From positions 40,000-103,999 of the IMG/VR virus record IMGVR_UViG_3300042907_001527: a stretch of 64,000 nt of DNA. One strand, written 5' to 3'. The position numbers and the translations under genes are program-made. Origin of the DNA: a virus. Every line of letters starts with the position of its first letter. Position 1 is the stretch's first letter. Of this stretch, positions 40,456 through 50,795 are shown piece after piece. Below the pieces are notes generated by a model. The model saw only the letters and a list, made by a program, of their open reading frames with translations. It did not search any database and was not told the DNA's origin.

Positions 40456-40915
40456 AAGTTTATACGATAACGAAATTGAATTCCCATCTGACAAACGGGA
40501 ACATATGAAAAAATTTTTTCATATGGTTAAAAATGCGGATGAGAATACTGAAGGATTTAAAAGAAATAAAGAACTTCAAAATCAAAAATTTATTACATAT
40601 AAACAACTTAAAAGAATTAAAAATTTTTTTGATAATTTTAAAGGTAGTCACAAAGAACCGTCATTTATTTTAAATGGTGGTGTTGAAATTAAAAATTGGG
40701 TTAACAATGAATTAAGAAAAATGAGGGATTACATCGCCAATACAAAAACTAATAAGATGAATGCCGGCATGATGAATCAATTTATTGCCCCGCATGAAAA
40801 AAAAAATTTTACAAATGTAAGAACATCTCAAGAACACTTAAAGACTGTAGACAAATATACGCCATCAGTTAATGAAAATGTTATGAGAATAAACGAAATA
40901 ATATCAAAAATATAA
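40448..40915 (+). CDS. Hypothetical protein
   Basis: 155-aa ORF overlapping the previous gene. Confidence 0.7.
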   Translation: MNKSLYDNEIEFPSDKREHMKKFFHMVKNADENTEGFKRNKELQNQKFITYKQLKRIKNFFDNFKGSHKEPSFILNGGVEIKNWVNNELRKMRDYIANTKTNKMNAGMMNQFIAPHEKKNFTNVRTSQEHLKTVDKYTPSVNENVMRINEIISKI

Positions 40916-40919
40916 AATT

Positions 40920-41213
40920 ATGGCAACTCAAATTACGGTAGATTTAAATCAAACAGAACCAAACACTCTTTCATCTATTGCTGAACTAGAGAGAGGAAAA
41001 TTAATTCCTAAAAATAATTATAATAAATCGGGAAATGAATATTCATCAGTTAATAAAGATGCAATGGCTGACGGAGATTCTAAAGGTAGAGGTACGGGAA
41101 TTTTCTTAGATGTATATAATTCAACTGCAGGAACAATAGAAGACGTGTCCGAAAGAAAAAGCGAAGTAAAAATTAATCAATATAGTGCAGTAAAAACATA
41201 CCCAAATTTCTAA
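40920..41213 (+). CDS. Hypothetical protein
   Basis: 97-aa ORF, TAATG-coupled to the next gene. Confidence 0.7.
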   Translation: MATQITVDLNQTEPNTLSSIAELERGKLIPKNNYNKSGNEYSSVNKDAMADGDSKGRGTGIFLDVYNSTAGTIEDVSERKSEVKINQYSAVKTYPNF

Positions 41214-41614
41214 TGAAACTTCATGGAACTTTAAAAGGTTTAATTTGTGAAATCGCTTCTTTAGATAGTATAGTTGATGCGATTAAAAAACGAAAAATTA
41301 TTATTATTAATTATAATGGTGATGAGCCAGGTGGTACAGGTATACGACAAATTGAACCTGTCTGTTTAGGTGTTAGTAAATCGGGAAATAAAGTTTTAAG
41401 AGCTTGGGATAGTGAGGGAGCGTCACATACAAGTTATAATGGTGAACAACCATTACCAGGCTGGAGATTATTTAGATTAGACAAAATATTATCAAACAAA
41501 CCAACTGGTGAGGTTTACAATGAACCTAAGCCTGGTTATAATTTTAATGGTGACAAAAGTATGGTCAGTGTGATTATAAACGCAACATTTAATGATAACC
41601 CATTAATACAATAA
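41213..41614 (+). CDS. Stand-alone WYL-domain protein
   Basis: IIINY...RQIEPVCLG...VLRAW...WRLFRLDKI. Confidence 0.7.
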   Translation: MKLHGTLKGLICEIASLDSIVDAIKKRKIIIINYNGDEPGGTGIRQIEPVCLGVSKSGNKVLRAWDSEGASHTSYNGEQPLPGWRLFRLDKILSNKPTGEVYNEPKPGYNFNGDKSMVSVIINATFNDNPLIQ

Positions 41615-41621
41615 ATATAAT

Positions 41622-42266
41622 ATGGACAGATTAACAGAGAAATTAGCATTATCAAAGGCAATTATGGATAAAGCAGATAGAATTAAAAATACAAATTCTA
41701 TGAATGGTGGGCTGCCACTAACATCATTACAGCAAATGAATTTACCTGAATCATTTAATGTTCCGACCGCAAAGTATAATATACCTGAAGAATTTTTACA
41801 GGAATCTAACACATCACAACAACCTTACCTATCTCACATACCAAGAGAAAATACTACTCCAGTCGGAATTCCAACTGTAGACGCAATTAAAAATTCTAAA
41901 TTACCTGACGAAATTAAAAGATTAATGATGGAGCATCCAATTTCTCAACCTCAACAACAATCGACTACAATGTCTAACGAAGTTATTGAAAGAGCGACAA
42001 GATTAATGAAACAAAATAACAGCGGATATATTCCTGAATCTGCAAAACAAACACAACAAATACCACAAACAGAACAATCGACATCAACAAATGGAACCGT
42101 TAATTATAAATTAATACAAAAAATGATTAATGAAGCAATTAAAAACGCATTTGCTGAAAATGGGTTAATAACTGAAAGTTCTGAAAAATCTAATGAAAAT
42201 TTTAATTTTAAAGTTGGGAAACATATTTTTGAAGGTAAAATTACAAAAATTAAAAAAGTATCTTAA
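41622..42266 (+). CDS. Hypothetical protein
   Basis: 214-aa ORF with SKLPDEIKRLMMEHPI. Confidence 0.7.
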   Translation: MDRLTEKLALSKAIMDKADRIKNTNSMNGGLPLTSLQQMNLPESFNVPTAKYNIPEEFLQESNTSQQPYLSHIPRENTTPVGIPTVDAIKNSKLPDEIKRLMMEHPISQPQQQSTTMSNEVIERATRLMKQNNSGYIPESAKQTQQIPQTEQSTSTNGTVNYKLIQKMINEAIKNAFAENGLITESSEKSNENFNFKVGKHIFEGKITKIKKVS

Positions 42267-42278
42267 CCAAGATATGTT

Positions 42279-42309
42279 AACCCTAAATTAAAAAGTTTAG
42301 GGTTTTTTT
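42279..42309 (+). terminator. Intrinsic terminator
   Basis: AACCCTAAA-8 nt-TTTAGGGTT followed by a T-run. Confidence 0.75.
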
Positions 42310-42359
42310 GTGCTCTAATATATACCACCCACACAACACTAATTTATATTTTTTAATAG

Positions 42360-42388
42360 TTGATAATATAAAAGAATATTGTTATAAT
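42360..42388 (+). promoter_or_regulatory. Sigma70-like promoter for the glycan/nucleotide operon
   Basis: TTGATA-17 nt-TATAAT with an extended -10 TG, 40 nt before ATG 42429. Confidence 0.55.
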
Positions 42389-42428
42389 TTATAACAAACT
42401 AAATAGTCTTAAAAAGTTATTAAAAAAT

Positions 42429-43646
42429 ATGGAAAAAAAAATTAATGTTTTAGTTATCCCTAGCGATAAAACTGGTGTTGGAAAATTTCGTTCAATAGAC
42501 CCTCATATTTTTTTACAAAATTTATATTCAGATGAATTTCATGTTGATATTATATTTGACCCACAGTATGATGATATGGTCTTTTGGTCTAAATATCAAA
42601 TAGTAGTATTCCATAGAAGTATTGGTTCTGATTTTGAAAAAGCCCATGAATTAATTCAAAAATTAAATTTATTAGGGATAATCACTGTTGCTGATATTGA
42701 TGATTATTGGATGCCAGGTAAAGAACACCCAATTCATGATATTATTAAATTTAATAAGATTAATGAAAAAATTGTTGCAAATCTTAAAGTAGCTTCATAT
42801 ATTACAACAACAACTGAAATATTTGCAACTGAAATTAGAAAATTTAATAAAAACGTTTTTGTTTTTCCAAATGCAATTAATCCAAATGAAACACAATTTA
42901 AAGAACCAACATTAGAATCAGACCGATTAAGAATTGGTTGGTTAGGAGGTTCTTCTCATTTACATGACATTCAATTATTAGACCAATCTTTTAATAAGAT
43001 TATTAATCTTAAAGATAAATTACAATTTGTTTTATGTGGTTTTGATACAAGAGGAACCGTAACGGAAATTAATAACCAAACAGGAGAACATAATAAAAGA
43101 GATATTTTACCACATGAGACTGTTTGGGCACAGTACGAAAAAATATTTACCCAAAACCATGTATTGGTGTCGGAAGACTACAAAAAGTATTTATTAAACT
43201 ATACTCAAGAGGTTTACCCAAATCAATATGACGAATCATATGTAAGAGTTTGGACTCAACCTGTAACATCTTACGCTAAAAATTATTCAAAATTTGATGT
43301 ATCTTTATCACCTATTAAAAATACAATGTTTAATAGAATGAAATCACAATTAAAAGTAATTGAAGCAGGATTTTATAAAAAAGCTCTTATTGCGTCTGAT
43401 TTAGGTCCATATACAATAGATTTAAAACATTGTTTAAATCACGGTAACTTTGTTGATGGAAACGCAATGTTAGTTGATGAAAATAGAAATCACTCTGATT
43501 GGGCGAAACATATTAAAAAATTAGTTGAAAACCCTAACATGGTAAAAGATATGGGGGAAAGATTATATGAAACTGTTAAAGACAAGTATGATTTAAATAA
43601 CGTAACAAAAGATAGAAGAGCTTTTTATTTATCAATAATTAAATAA
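42429..43646 (+). CDS. GT-B (GT4-like) glycosyltransferase
   Basis: DIDDYW, RIGWLGGSSH, FNRMKSQLKVIEAG. Confidence 0.8.
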   Translation: MEKKINVLVIPSDKTGVGKFRSIDPHIFLQNLYSDEFHVDIIFDPQYDDMVFWSKYQIVVFHRSIGSDFEKAHELIQKLNLLGIITVADIDDYWMPGKEHPIHDIIKFNKINEKIVANLKVASYITTTTEIFATEIRKFNKNVFVFPNAINPNETQFKEPTLESDRLRIGWLGGSSHLHDIQLLDQSFNKIINLKDKLQFVLCGFDTRGTVTEINNQTGEHNKRDILPHETVWAQYEKIFTQNHVLVSEDYKKYLLNYTQEVYPNQYDESYVRVWTQPVTSYAKNYSKFDVSLSPIKNTMFNRMKSQLKVIEAGFYKKALIASDLGPYTIDLKHCLNHGNFVDGNAMLVDENRNHSDWAKHIKKLVENPNMVKDMGERLYETVKDKYDLNNVTKDRRAFYLSIIK

Positions 43647-43652
43647 TATAAT

Positions 43653-44354
43653 ATGATTAACATACCATTAACCAAAATTTTATTTTTAGACATTGAAACT
43701 GTCGGAATACAACCTGATTGGGATTCATTAGTTAAAAACAACGAATCCCTTTCATTTCAATTTGAACACTATTTTGATTGGTTTCAAAAAAGATTTCCTG
43801 AAGATGGGGCTAATGGAGTCTCTCAAATGTTTGTCAATCGTTCTGCCTTAGTTCCCGAATTTGCAAGAATTGCTTGTATTAGTGTTGCATTTGTAACTGA
43901 AAGTGGTGAAATTAAAATGCAATCATTTAGTGATGCTGATGAGAAAAAAATGTTATTAGATGTTCAAAAACTTTTACATAGAGTTGGAGAACTAGGATTT
44001 TTTTTATGTGGACATAATGTAAAGGGATTTGACATCCCTATGTTAGCAAAACGAATGATTATGAATGGAATTATGCCGCCAAAAATTTTACCTGGTCACG
44101 ACACTAAACCGTGGGAAATTAAAGCTCTAGACACAAAAGAAGTTTGGCAATACGGTGGATATGGTTCTATTGCGTCTCTTGAACTTATGTGTGTTTGTTT
44201 GGGTGTTGAGTCATCAAAAACAATGGAGATAACAGGGAATAAAGTACATGAAGCTTTTTGGATTAAAAAGGATATTGAGGGAATTGTAAAGTATTGTGAA
44301 AAGGATGTGTCCGTATTAATTGAAGTAATAAAAAAATTAATAGATTTAAAATAA
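43653..44354 (+). CDS. PolB-like 3'-5' exonuclease (DEDD)
   Basis: FLDIET, GHNVKGFDIP, YCEKDV. Confidence 0.85.
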   Translation: MINIPLTKILFLDIETVGIQPDWDSLVKNNESLSFQFEHYFDWFQKRFPEDGANGVSQMFVNRSALVPEFARIACISVAFVTESGEIKMQSFSDADEKKMLLDVQKLLHRVGELGFFLCGHNVKGFDIPMLAKRMIMNGIMPPKILPGHDTKPWEIKALDTKEVWQYGGYGSIASLELMCVCLGVESSKTMEITGNKVHEAFWIKKDIEGIVKYCEKDVSVLIEVIKKLIDLK

Positions 44355-44983
44355 TGAAAAATTTAAATAATATGGGATTTGACCCAAAAATTTATAATGA
44401 CATTCTTGAAAAATTTGAAAAAATTAAATTTGACGCTGGAATAGAACCAGATGAAGAATCTCAAAAAGAACTTGAAGAATTTTTTGGAGTTGATTTAGAG
44501 GGTTTTGAAGATTTAGATGAAGAGTTTTTTAAAAATTCTCAGACACGAACTATTGAAGTTGAATTAATTCACAAAGATGCTGTTTTCCCAAAATATGCAT
44601 ACCTATCCGATTCAGGATTTGATTTACACTCAACACAAGATTTAGAAATTAAACCATTTGGCAGAATTTTAGTCCCAACAGGGATTAAAGTTTCTTTTGA
44701 GAAAGGTTATGAACTTCAAATTAGACCTAAAAGCGGTTTAGCAATTAAACAAGGATTAACCGTTCTTAATACACCAGGAACTGTAGACCAAGGATATACA
44801 GGTGAAATACAAGTAATTGTGTTTAATACAAATAACCATTCCGTAATGATTTCAAAAGGAATGAAAGTTGGACAAGCAGTTCTATGTCCTGTCATAAATG
44901 GGGAATATGTTAGATTTGAAAAAGTTGACCAACTTGATGAAAAAGATAGAGGTGATAATGGATTTGGAAGTACGGGAATTTAA
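44354..44983 (+). CDS. dut: dUTPase with an acidic N-terminal extension
   Basis: SGFDL, RPKSGLA, GTVDQGYTGE, RGDNGFGSTG. Confidence 0.93.
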   Translation: MKNLNNMGFDPKIYNDILEKFEKIKFDAGIEPDEESQKELEEFFGVDLEGFEDLDEEFFKNSQTRTIEVELIHKDAVFPKYAYLSDSGFDLHSTQDLEIKPFGRILVPTGIKVSFEKGYELQIRPKSGLAIKQGLTVLNTPGTVDQGYTGEIQVIVFNTNNHSVMISKGMKVGQAVLCPVINGEYVRFEKVDQLDEKDRGDNGFGSTGI

Positions 44984-44993
44984 ATATTAAATA

Positions 44994-46622
44994 ATGATTA
45001 CAGTAGGATATTCAACAAGAGAACATAACCCCCAATTTATCGAGTACTTAAAAAAAAGTTCGGGGTTTAAAAAAATAGAAGTTATTGAAAAGATTAATAA
45101 CGGAGAGAAATCATTATCTCAAGTTTATAATGAAATTCTTGAGGAATCAAAAACTGACATAGTAGTTCTTTGTCATGATGACATTTACTTTGATACATCA
45201 AGTTGGTTCCACAAAATTAAAACTCATTTTGAAAAAACTGATTACGGTATCTTAGGTGTTGCGGGTACTACCAACATGCCAGAAACAGGTAGATGGTGGG
45301 ATTCAAGAAACACCATGATTGGTATTGTTAACCATGAGAGTGAAGGAAAAAAATGGACATCAAAATACTCTGATGATTTAGGTAAATCAATTAAACCGAC
45401 TGTTATTGTTGATGGTGTGTTTATTGCGTTAAGTAAATCAAAAATTAAACATACTTTTGACGAGGAGTTTGAAGGGTTCCATTTTTATGACATTGCATTT
45501 TGTTATAGGAATTATATAGAAGATGTTAAGGTTGGTGTTATCACAAACGTTAGAATCACTCACAAGTCAATTGGTCAGACCAATCAACAATGGGAAGATA
45601 ATAGAGAATTTTTTGTTAAAAAATATGGGGAAAGCTTACCATCAAAAATTCCGTTTGATGTTAATAAACGATTAAAGGTTTTATTGTCTTGTATTTCTTT
45701 TAGAAACTTTACAGGTTCTGAGTTATATGTTTTTGAGTTAGCTAAAAGTTTAATTAAATTAAACTGTAGTGTTACGGTTCTTTCACAAATTGGTGGACCT
45801 GTGACTGACATGGCAAAAAAACTTGGAATTAAATGTGTGTCATTTGAAAACGCACCAGGATTTAAACTTGGTGATGGACAATGGGGTACGAATACACCTG
45901 AAGGGTTCAAACCATCAACACCAAACGCGTTATATAGAGTTTCTGAAGTTGATTATGATATTGTTCATTTCCAACACAAGCCTGTTGCGGAAAGAATTTT
46001 AAATATGTATCCTGAATTACCTAAGATTTGTGCGATTCACTCTGAAGTTATTTCATTAGAAGACCCTGTTGTTGACCCAACAATTAAAAAATATGTTGCA
46101 ATTCGTCCTGAAATTAAGGAACACATGATGAACAATTTTGAAATACCTGAAGAAATGATTGAAGTCATTTATAATCCTGTTGATAATGAAAAATTTAAAT
46201 CTTTGAATACAACTGAAAAAGATTATGTTTTATTTGTTGGTACTATAGATTATTTGAGAAAAGAAACCATTTTAGATTTAATCGAACACACAAGAGAGCT
46301 TGGAAAAGAACTTTGGTTGGTTGGTGATAATAATGGAAATTATTTAGAAAATGTATTACTTGAACAACATGTTAAGTATTTTCCGGCAACATGGAACATA
46401 GAAAAATTTATTTTAGATGCGTATGAAACCGCAGGAATTCAATTAGGCAGAACAACCATCGAAAGTTGGATGTGTGGTAAATCAAGTTGGATTTATAAAG
46501 TAGACTCTGGAGGATTTATTTTATCTAAAGAAAAACATGAACCACCAACAGATATTAAAAAGTATTATTCGATGAATGTTGCACAACAAATAAAAGAACA
46601 ATACCTCAAAATTTTATCATAA
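44994..46622 (+). CDS. Fused GT2-like plus GT-B glycosyltransferase
   Basis: LCHDDI, VDGVF and FHFYD, then TGSELYVFELA...GRTTIESW. Confidence 0.75.
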   Translation: MITVGYSTREHNPQFIEYLKKSSGFKKIEVIEKINNGEKSLSQVYNEILEESKTDIVVLCHDDIYFDTSSWFHKIKTHFEKTDYGILGVAGTTNMPETGRWWDSRNTMIGIVNHESEGKKWTSKYSDDLGKSIKPTVIVDGVFIALSKSKIKHTFDEEFEGFHFYDIAFCYRNYIEDVKVGVITNVRITHKSIGQTNQQWEDNREFFVKKYGESLPSKIPFDVNKRLKVLLSCISFRNFTGSELYVFELAKSLIKLNCSVTVLSQIGGPVTDMAKKLGIKCVSFENAPGFKLGDGQWGTNTPEGFKPSTPNALYRVSEVDYDIVHFQHKPVAERILNMYPELPKICAIHSEVISLEDPVVDPTIKKYVAIRPEIKEHMMNNFEIPEEMIEVIYNPVDNEKFKSLNTTEKDYVLFVGTIDYLRKETILDLIEHTRELGKELWLVGDNNGNYLENVLLEQHVKYFPATWNIEKFILDAYETAGIQLGRTTIESWMCGKSSWIYKVDSGGFILSKEKHEPPTDIKKYYSMNVAQQIKEQYLKILS

Positions 46623-47780
46623 ATGAAATTAGGTTTAATTGGTGTTAATGAAATTGGTTTGTCTTTTGGATTGTTATGCGAAAAAAAAGGTCATGAAGTT
46701 TTAGTTTCAAATAGTAATGATGATTATGTTTTTAATCTTAATCAAAATATATGTATCACAAATGAACCACTAATCCAATCTATGTTATTTGATGCCACTA
46801 AATTTAGTGCAACAACAAGTAATACAGAGGTAATTAAAAATTCCGACATTATTTTTATTTTTTCGCCAACACCATCTAATATTGATGGTAATTATGACAC
46901 AACAAAAGTTTTTGATGTTGTTTCAGAATTTTATAGTTTATCTTCTCAGAACTTTTCTCTTTATAATAAAAAAGTTGTAATATGTTCCACAACAAATCCT
47001 GGTGAAGTGTCACAAATACAAGAAAGATTAAACATGTTTAATATCCAAGTCGCATATAATCCATTTTTTACAAATGATGGTGAGATTGTAAAAGATATTG
47101 AAAATCATGAAATGGTCTTAATTGGTGGAGAATATCAAGAACTAATAAATGATTTAATTAGTTTGCACACCGAACTTAAAAAAGTTCTTGTTAATGTTTA
47201 TACAATGTCATCAAAGGCCGCCGAATTAACAAAAATTAGTATTAATTCATTTTTATCTGTAAAAATTACTTATGCCAACATGTTAGGTGAAATTATAACT
47301 AAATCAGGAGTTGAAGATGAGGTTAATATGGTATTAACCGCAATTGGTGGTGATTCAGGAATTGGACAAAAACATATGAAATATGGTTTTGGGTATGGGG
47401 GTCCAACAATTAATGGAGATAATAAAGCGTTAAAACATTTTGCCAATAGTATTGACGCAAATACCGAATTAATTACAAGTGTTGATACATTCAACAAATC
47501 ACACATTTCTTTTTTAAAAGAATATTATATTCAAAAAAATCCAAATAAAGAAGTACCATTTGTTATGAACCACATAACATATAAGAAAGGTGCTAATGTA
47601 ATTGAGGAGTCACAACAATTTCAATTATGCGTTGATTTATTAAATGAGGGATATACATTAAACGTTATTGAAATACCTGAAGTTGCAGAAAAATTAACAT
47701 CATTAAGTGAGTCGTATGATGGTCGGTTAAAGTTTTTTCCAATAGGGACAAATCCTGAAGGAATATTAATTAATTTATAA
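46623..47780 (+). CDS. UDP-glucose/GDP-mannose dehydrogenase homologue with a degenerate active site
   Basis: AAELTKISINSF..KITYAN is retained. GxGxxG is replaced by GVNEIG and GGxC by GGPT. Confidence 0.75.
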   Translation: MKLGLIGVNEIGLSFGLLCEKKGHEVLVSNSNDDYVFNLNQNICITNEPLIQSMLFDATKFSATTSNTEVIKNSDIIFIFSPTPSNIDGNYDTTKVFDVVSEFYSLSSQNFSLYNKKVVICSTTNPGEVSQIQERLNMFNIQVAYNPFFTNDGEIVKDIENHEMVLIGGEYQELINDLISLHTELKKVLVNVYTMSSKAAELTKISINSFLSVKITYANMLGEIITKSGVEDEVNMVLTAIGGDSGIGQKHMKYGFGYGGPTINGDNKALKHFANSIDANTELITSVDTFNKSHISFLKEYYIQKNPNKEVPFVMNHITYKKGANVIEESQQFQLCVDLLNEGYTLNVIEIPEVAEKLTSLSESYDGRLKFFPIGTNPEGILINL

Positions 47781-48499
47781 TGATAATCTTAACTACAACA
47801 TATAACTGTGAGAATTTTGTTGAGCGTTCTTTAATGACAATTATGACTCAAAGATTTAAGGACTTTAAATGTTATATAACTGATGACATGTCAACTGATA
47901 AAACTGTTGATATCATTAAAAAAACCATATCGGGCGATAATAGGTTTATTCTTATTGAGAATAAACAAAAAATGTATCAACCAGGAAATTACGACCAAGT
48001 AATTCGTGGATTAGATATTCCTGATTATGAAATATGTGTTGAAGTTGATGGTGACGATTGGTTACCAAATTCAAATGTGTTATCCTTCATAGATGATGTT
48101 TATAAAGACAAAAATGTTTGGATGACAAGTGGTTCGTTTAAATATCATGATGGTAGGCCAGGGTTTGCAAATCCCCCTAAAAATTTTACAAACATTAGAA
48201 AACAAGCTTTCACACTATCACACATTAGAACATGGAAGTCTTGGTTATGGAAAAAAATTAAAGAAGAAGATTTAAAAGATGTTTCTGGAAATTATTGGAG
48301 TGTTGCGGGCGATTTATCATTTATGTTTCCAATGTTAGAGATGTCAGGAGAAAAACATTTTAAATATATTTCAGAGACCTTATATATATATAATGAGTCA
48401 AATCCATTAAATGACCACAAAGTTAATATGACCAAAGTAAGTTCAACCGTAAACATAATTAGAAATAAACTACAATATAATTTATTACAAAATGTCTGA
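47780..48499 (+). CDS. Glycosyltransferase family 2
   Basis: TTYN, TDDMSTD, VDGDDWL. Confidence 0.85.
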   Translation: MIILTTTYNCENFVERSLMTIMTQRFKDFKCYITDDMSTDKTVDIIKKTISGDNRFILIENKQKMYQPGNYDQVIRGLDIPDYEICVEVDGDDWLPNSNVLSFIDDVYKDKNVWMTSGSFKYHDGRPGFANPPKNFTNIRKQAFTLSHIRTWKSWLWKKIKEEDLKDVSGNYWSVAGDLSFMFPMLEMSGEKHFKYISETLYIYNESNPLNDHKVNMTKVSSTVNIIRNKLQYNLLQNV

Positions 48500-49208
48500 A
48501 AACTTTAATCCAAAAATTTCAATATGTATTCCATCATATGAAGCAAATGGTAGAGGCGTTGAATTTATCGATAAAAATATCCAATCAATTCTTTCTCAAA
48601 CATATAAAAATATGGAAATTGTAATTTCCGACCATTCAAAAAATGATGACATTGAGAACTACATTAAAGGGTTAGGGTTAGATAATATTGTGTATTTAAG
48701 AAACACCGAGAATATTGGGTTTCCTGCTCACAATACTAATAACGCCATTAAAAATTCTAGTGGGGATTACATCAAATTGATGAATTTAGATGATTTTATT
48801 GTTGGTGAAGATACATTACAACTAATGGTTGATTTATTGTTAAATGAAGGTAAATGGGTTATCAGTGGATGTATTCATTACGATTATGGAAATGGAAGTT
48901 GGACAAATCCAATCATTCCTAGAATTGAAGGTGATGGTAGACATTTAATAAGGGGTATTAACTTTGTTGGTTGTCCAAGTGTTGGATTAATACCTCGTGA
49001 TGAATATTTTGACACTGAAGTTTTATATATGATTGATTGTGAACTTTGGTATCGTATGTTTATAAAATATGGTTATCCGGGCGTTTTAAAAGATTACAGA
49101 ATATCCGTTGGAATTGGAGACCATACATTAACCAGCCAATGGGCGTTAAAACAAAGTGATTTACTTTATAAAGATATTGAGTATTGCAATAAAAAATTTT
49201 TAATATGA
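48492..49208 (+). CDS. Glycosyltransferase family 2
   Basis: ISICIPSYE, SDHS, LDD, DCELWYR. Confidence 0.85.
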   Translation: MSENFNPKISICIPSYEANGRGVEFIDKNIQSILSQTYKNMEIVISDHSKNDDIENYIKGLGLDNIVYLRNTENIGFPAHNTNNAIKNSSGDYIKLMNLDDFIVGEDTLQLMVDLLLNEGKWVISGCIHYDYGNGSWTNPIIPRIEGDGRHLIRGINFVGCPSVGLIPRDEYFDTEVLYMIDCELWYRMFIKYGYPGVLKDYRISVGIGDHTLTSQWALKQSDLLYKDIEYCNKKFLI

Positions 49209-50362
49209 AAAACATACAATTATTTATCCCAAAATTTAGAAACGAAGAAATTTTTGAACACATGTCAACTTGTTTAGACAAGGGTTGGACAGGATTAGGA
49301 TTTAAAACCATTGAAATCGAAAATGAATGGAAATCTTACACAGGATTACCTCATGCTCATTTTATAAACTCAAATACCTCAGGTCTTCATTTAGCGGTGA
49401 AAATATTGAAGGACACAAATAAATGGTCTAATGACGATGAAATCATTACAAGTCCATTAACATTTGTATCTTCAAATCACGCAATTATGTATGAAAACTT
49501 AAAACCTATTTTTGCGGATGTAGACGAATATTTGTGTTTAGACCCCGTTTCTGTCGAATCAAAAATAACTAAAAAAACAAAGGCTATTTTGTTTATTGGT
49601 ATCGGAGGTAATACAGGTGAACTTTATAAAATTATTAATTTATGTAAAAAACATAAATTAAAGTTAATTTTGGACGCCGCTCACATGTCAGGTACATTTG
49701 CAAAAAATCCATCAACAGGTGAAGTTGAACATATTGGTCATGGTGCCGATGTAACCGTATTTAGCTTTCAGGCGGTTAAAAACTTACCAACGGCAGATTC
49801 GGGTATGGTTTGTTTTGCAAACGAGGACTATGATTCTTTAGCTAGAAAATTATCTTGGTTAGGGATTGATAAAGATACATACCAAAGAACCAACGATAAA
49901 GGAAATTATAAATGGGAATATGATTTAGTTGATGTTGGTTACAAATACCACGGAAACTCAATGATGGCTTCAATGGCGTTAGTTGGTTTAAAATATCTTG
50001 ATAAAGACAATAACAGAAGAAGAGAAATTTGTGAAAAATATGAAGAAGAATTAACCAAACATGGAATTCAAACAGTAAACAGTCACAAAGATTGTTTCTT
50101 ATCTTCAAGACACTTATTTCAAATTGTTGTTAACCAAAGAAATAAATTTATGGAGTTATTGAACTCAAGTGGAATTTATCCAGGAGTTCATTATAGGGAC
50201 AATACACACTATAAGATGTATAAATATGGATTTGGTACTTGTCCAAATTCTTTAACTATCTCCGAAAAATTAATAACATTACCATTACATATGAATTTAA
50301 CTGATGAGGATGTGAAATATGTTATAGAAAAAGTTATTGAAATAAATAAAAATTTAAATTGA
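49205..50362 (+). CDS. DegT/DnrJ/EryC1/StrS sugar aminotransferase (catalytic Lys present)
   Basis: NSNTSGLH, LDAAH, FSFQAVKNLPTADSG, LPLH. Confidence 0.9.
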   Translation: MKNIQLFIPKFRNEEIFEHMSTCLDKGWTGLGFKTIEIENEWKSYTGLPHAHFINSNTSGLHLAVKILKDTNKWSNDDEIITSPLTFVSSNHAIMYENLKPIFADVDEYLCLDPVSVESKITKKTKAILFIGIGGNTGELYKIINLCKKHKLKLILDAAHMSGTFAKNPSTGEVEHIGHGADVTVFSFQAVKNLPTADSGMVCFANEDYDSLARKLSWLGIDKDTYQRTNDKGNYKWEYDLVDVGYKYHGNSMMASMALVGLKYLDKDNNRRREICEKYEEELTKHGIQTVNSHKDCFLSSRHLFQIVVNQRNKFMELLNSSGIYPGVHYRDNTHYKMYKYGFGTCPNSLTISEKLITLPLHMNLTDEDVKYVIEKVIEINKNLN

Positions 50363-50363
50363 T

Positions 50364-50795
50364 ATGTTAGTTATTCGTGATTTTGAAAAAAAAGACTCAA
50401 CAGAGGAGTTATTAGAAACACTTAAAGAAGTTTGGTCAGTTGATGAAATAAATGAATCAACATTAGATAAGTGGTTTAAAAACGATAATCATATGGTAAT
50501 CGCTGAGTTTGATGGTAAAATTGTTGGTTCAGCAACTTTACATTTACAACAAAAAATTATTCGTAATGGTGGTATTGCTGGATGTATTGAAGATGTTGTA
50601 GTTAGAGAGGATTACAGAGGAAATAACATTGGCGCCCAATTAATACAAGAATTAATTAAAAAGGCCGAAAATTTTGGATGTTATAAAGTAATTTTATCTT
50701 GTTTTCCCGAAAGGATTAATTTTTATAAAAAAAATGGATTTAACCAAGAATCAATAACCATGAGATTTGATTTAAAAAAAAATATAATTAAATGA
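50364..50795 (+). CDS. GNA1-like GNAT amino-sugar N-acetyltransferase
   Basis: IEDVVV...YRGNNIG...GCYKVILSC...FYKKNGF. Confidence 0.8.
   Translation: MLVIRDFEKKDSTEELLETLKEVWSVDEINESTLDKWFKNDNHMVIAEFDGKIVGSATLHLQQKIIRNGGIAGCIEDVVVREDYRGNNIGAQLIQELIKKAENFGCYKVILSCFPERINFYKKNGFNQESITMRFDLKKNIIK

Noticed and set aside
42429-46622. GTs as T4-like DNA glucosyltransferases
   Set aside because: No base hydroxymethylase or similar enzyme is in the window, and the GT families present are glycan-chain types. This is not excluded for individual GT-B genes.
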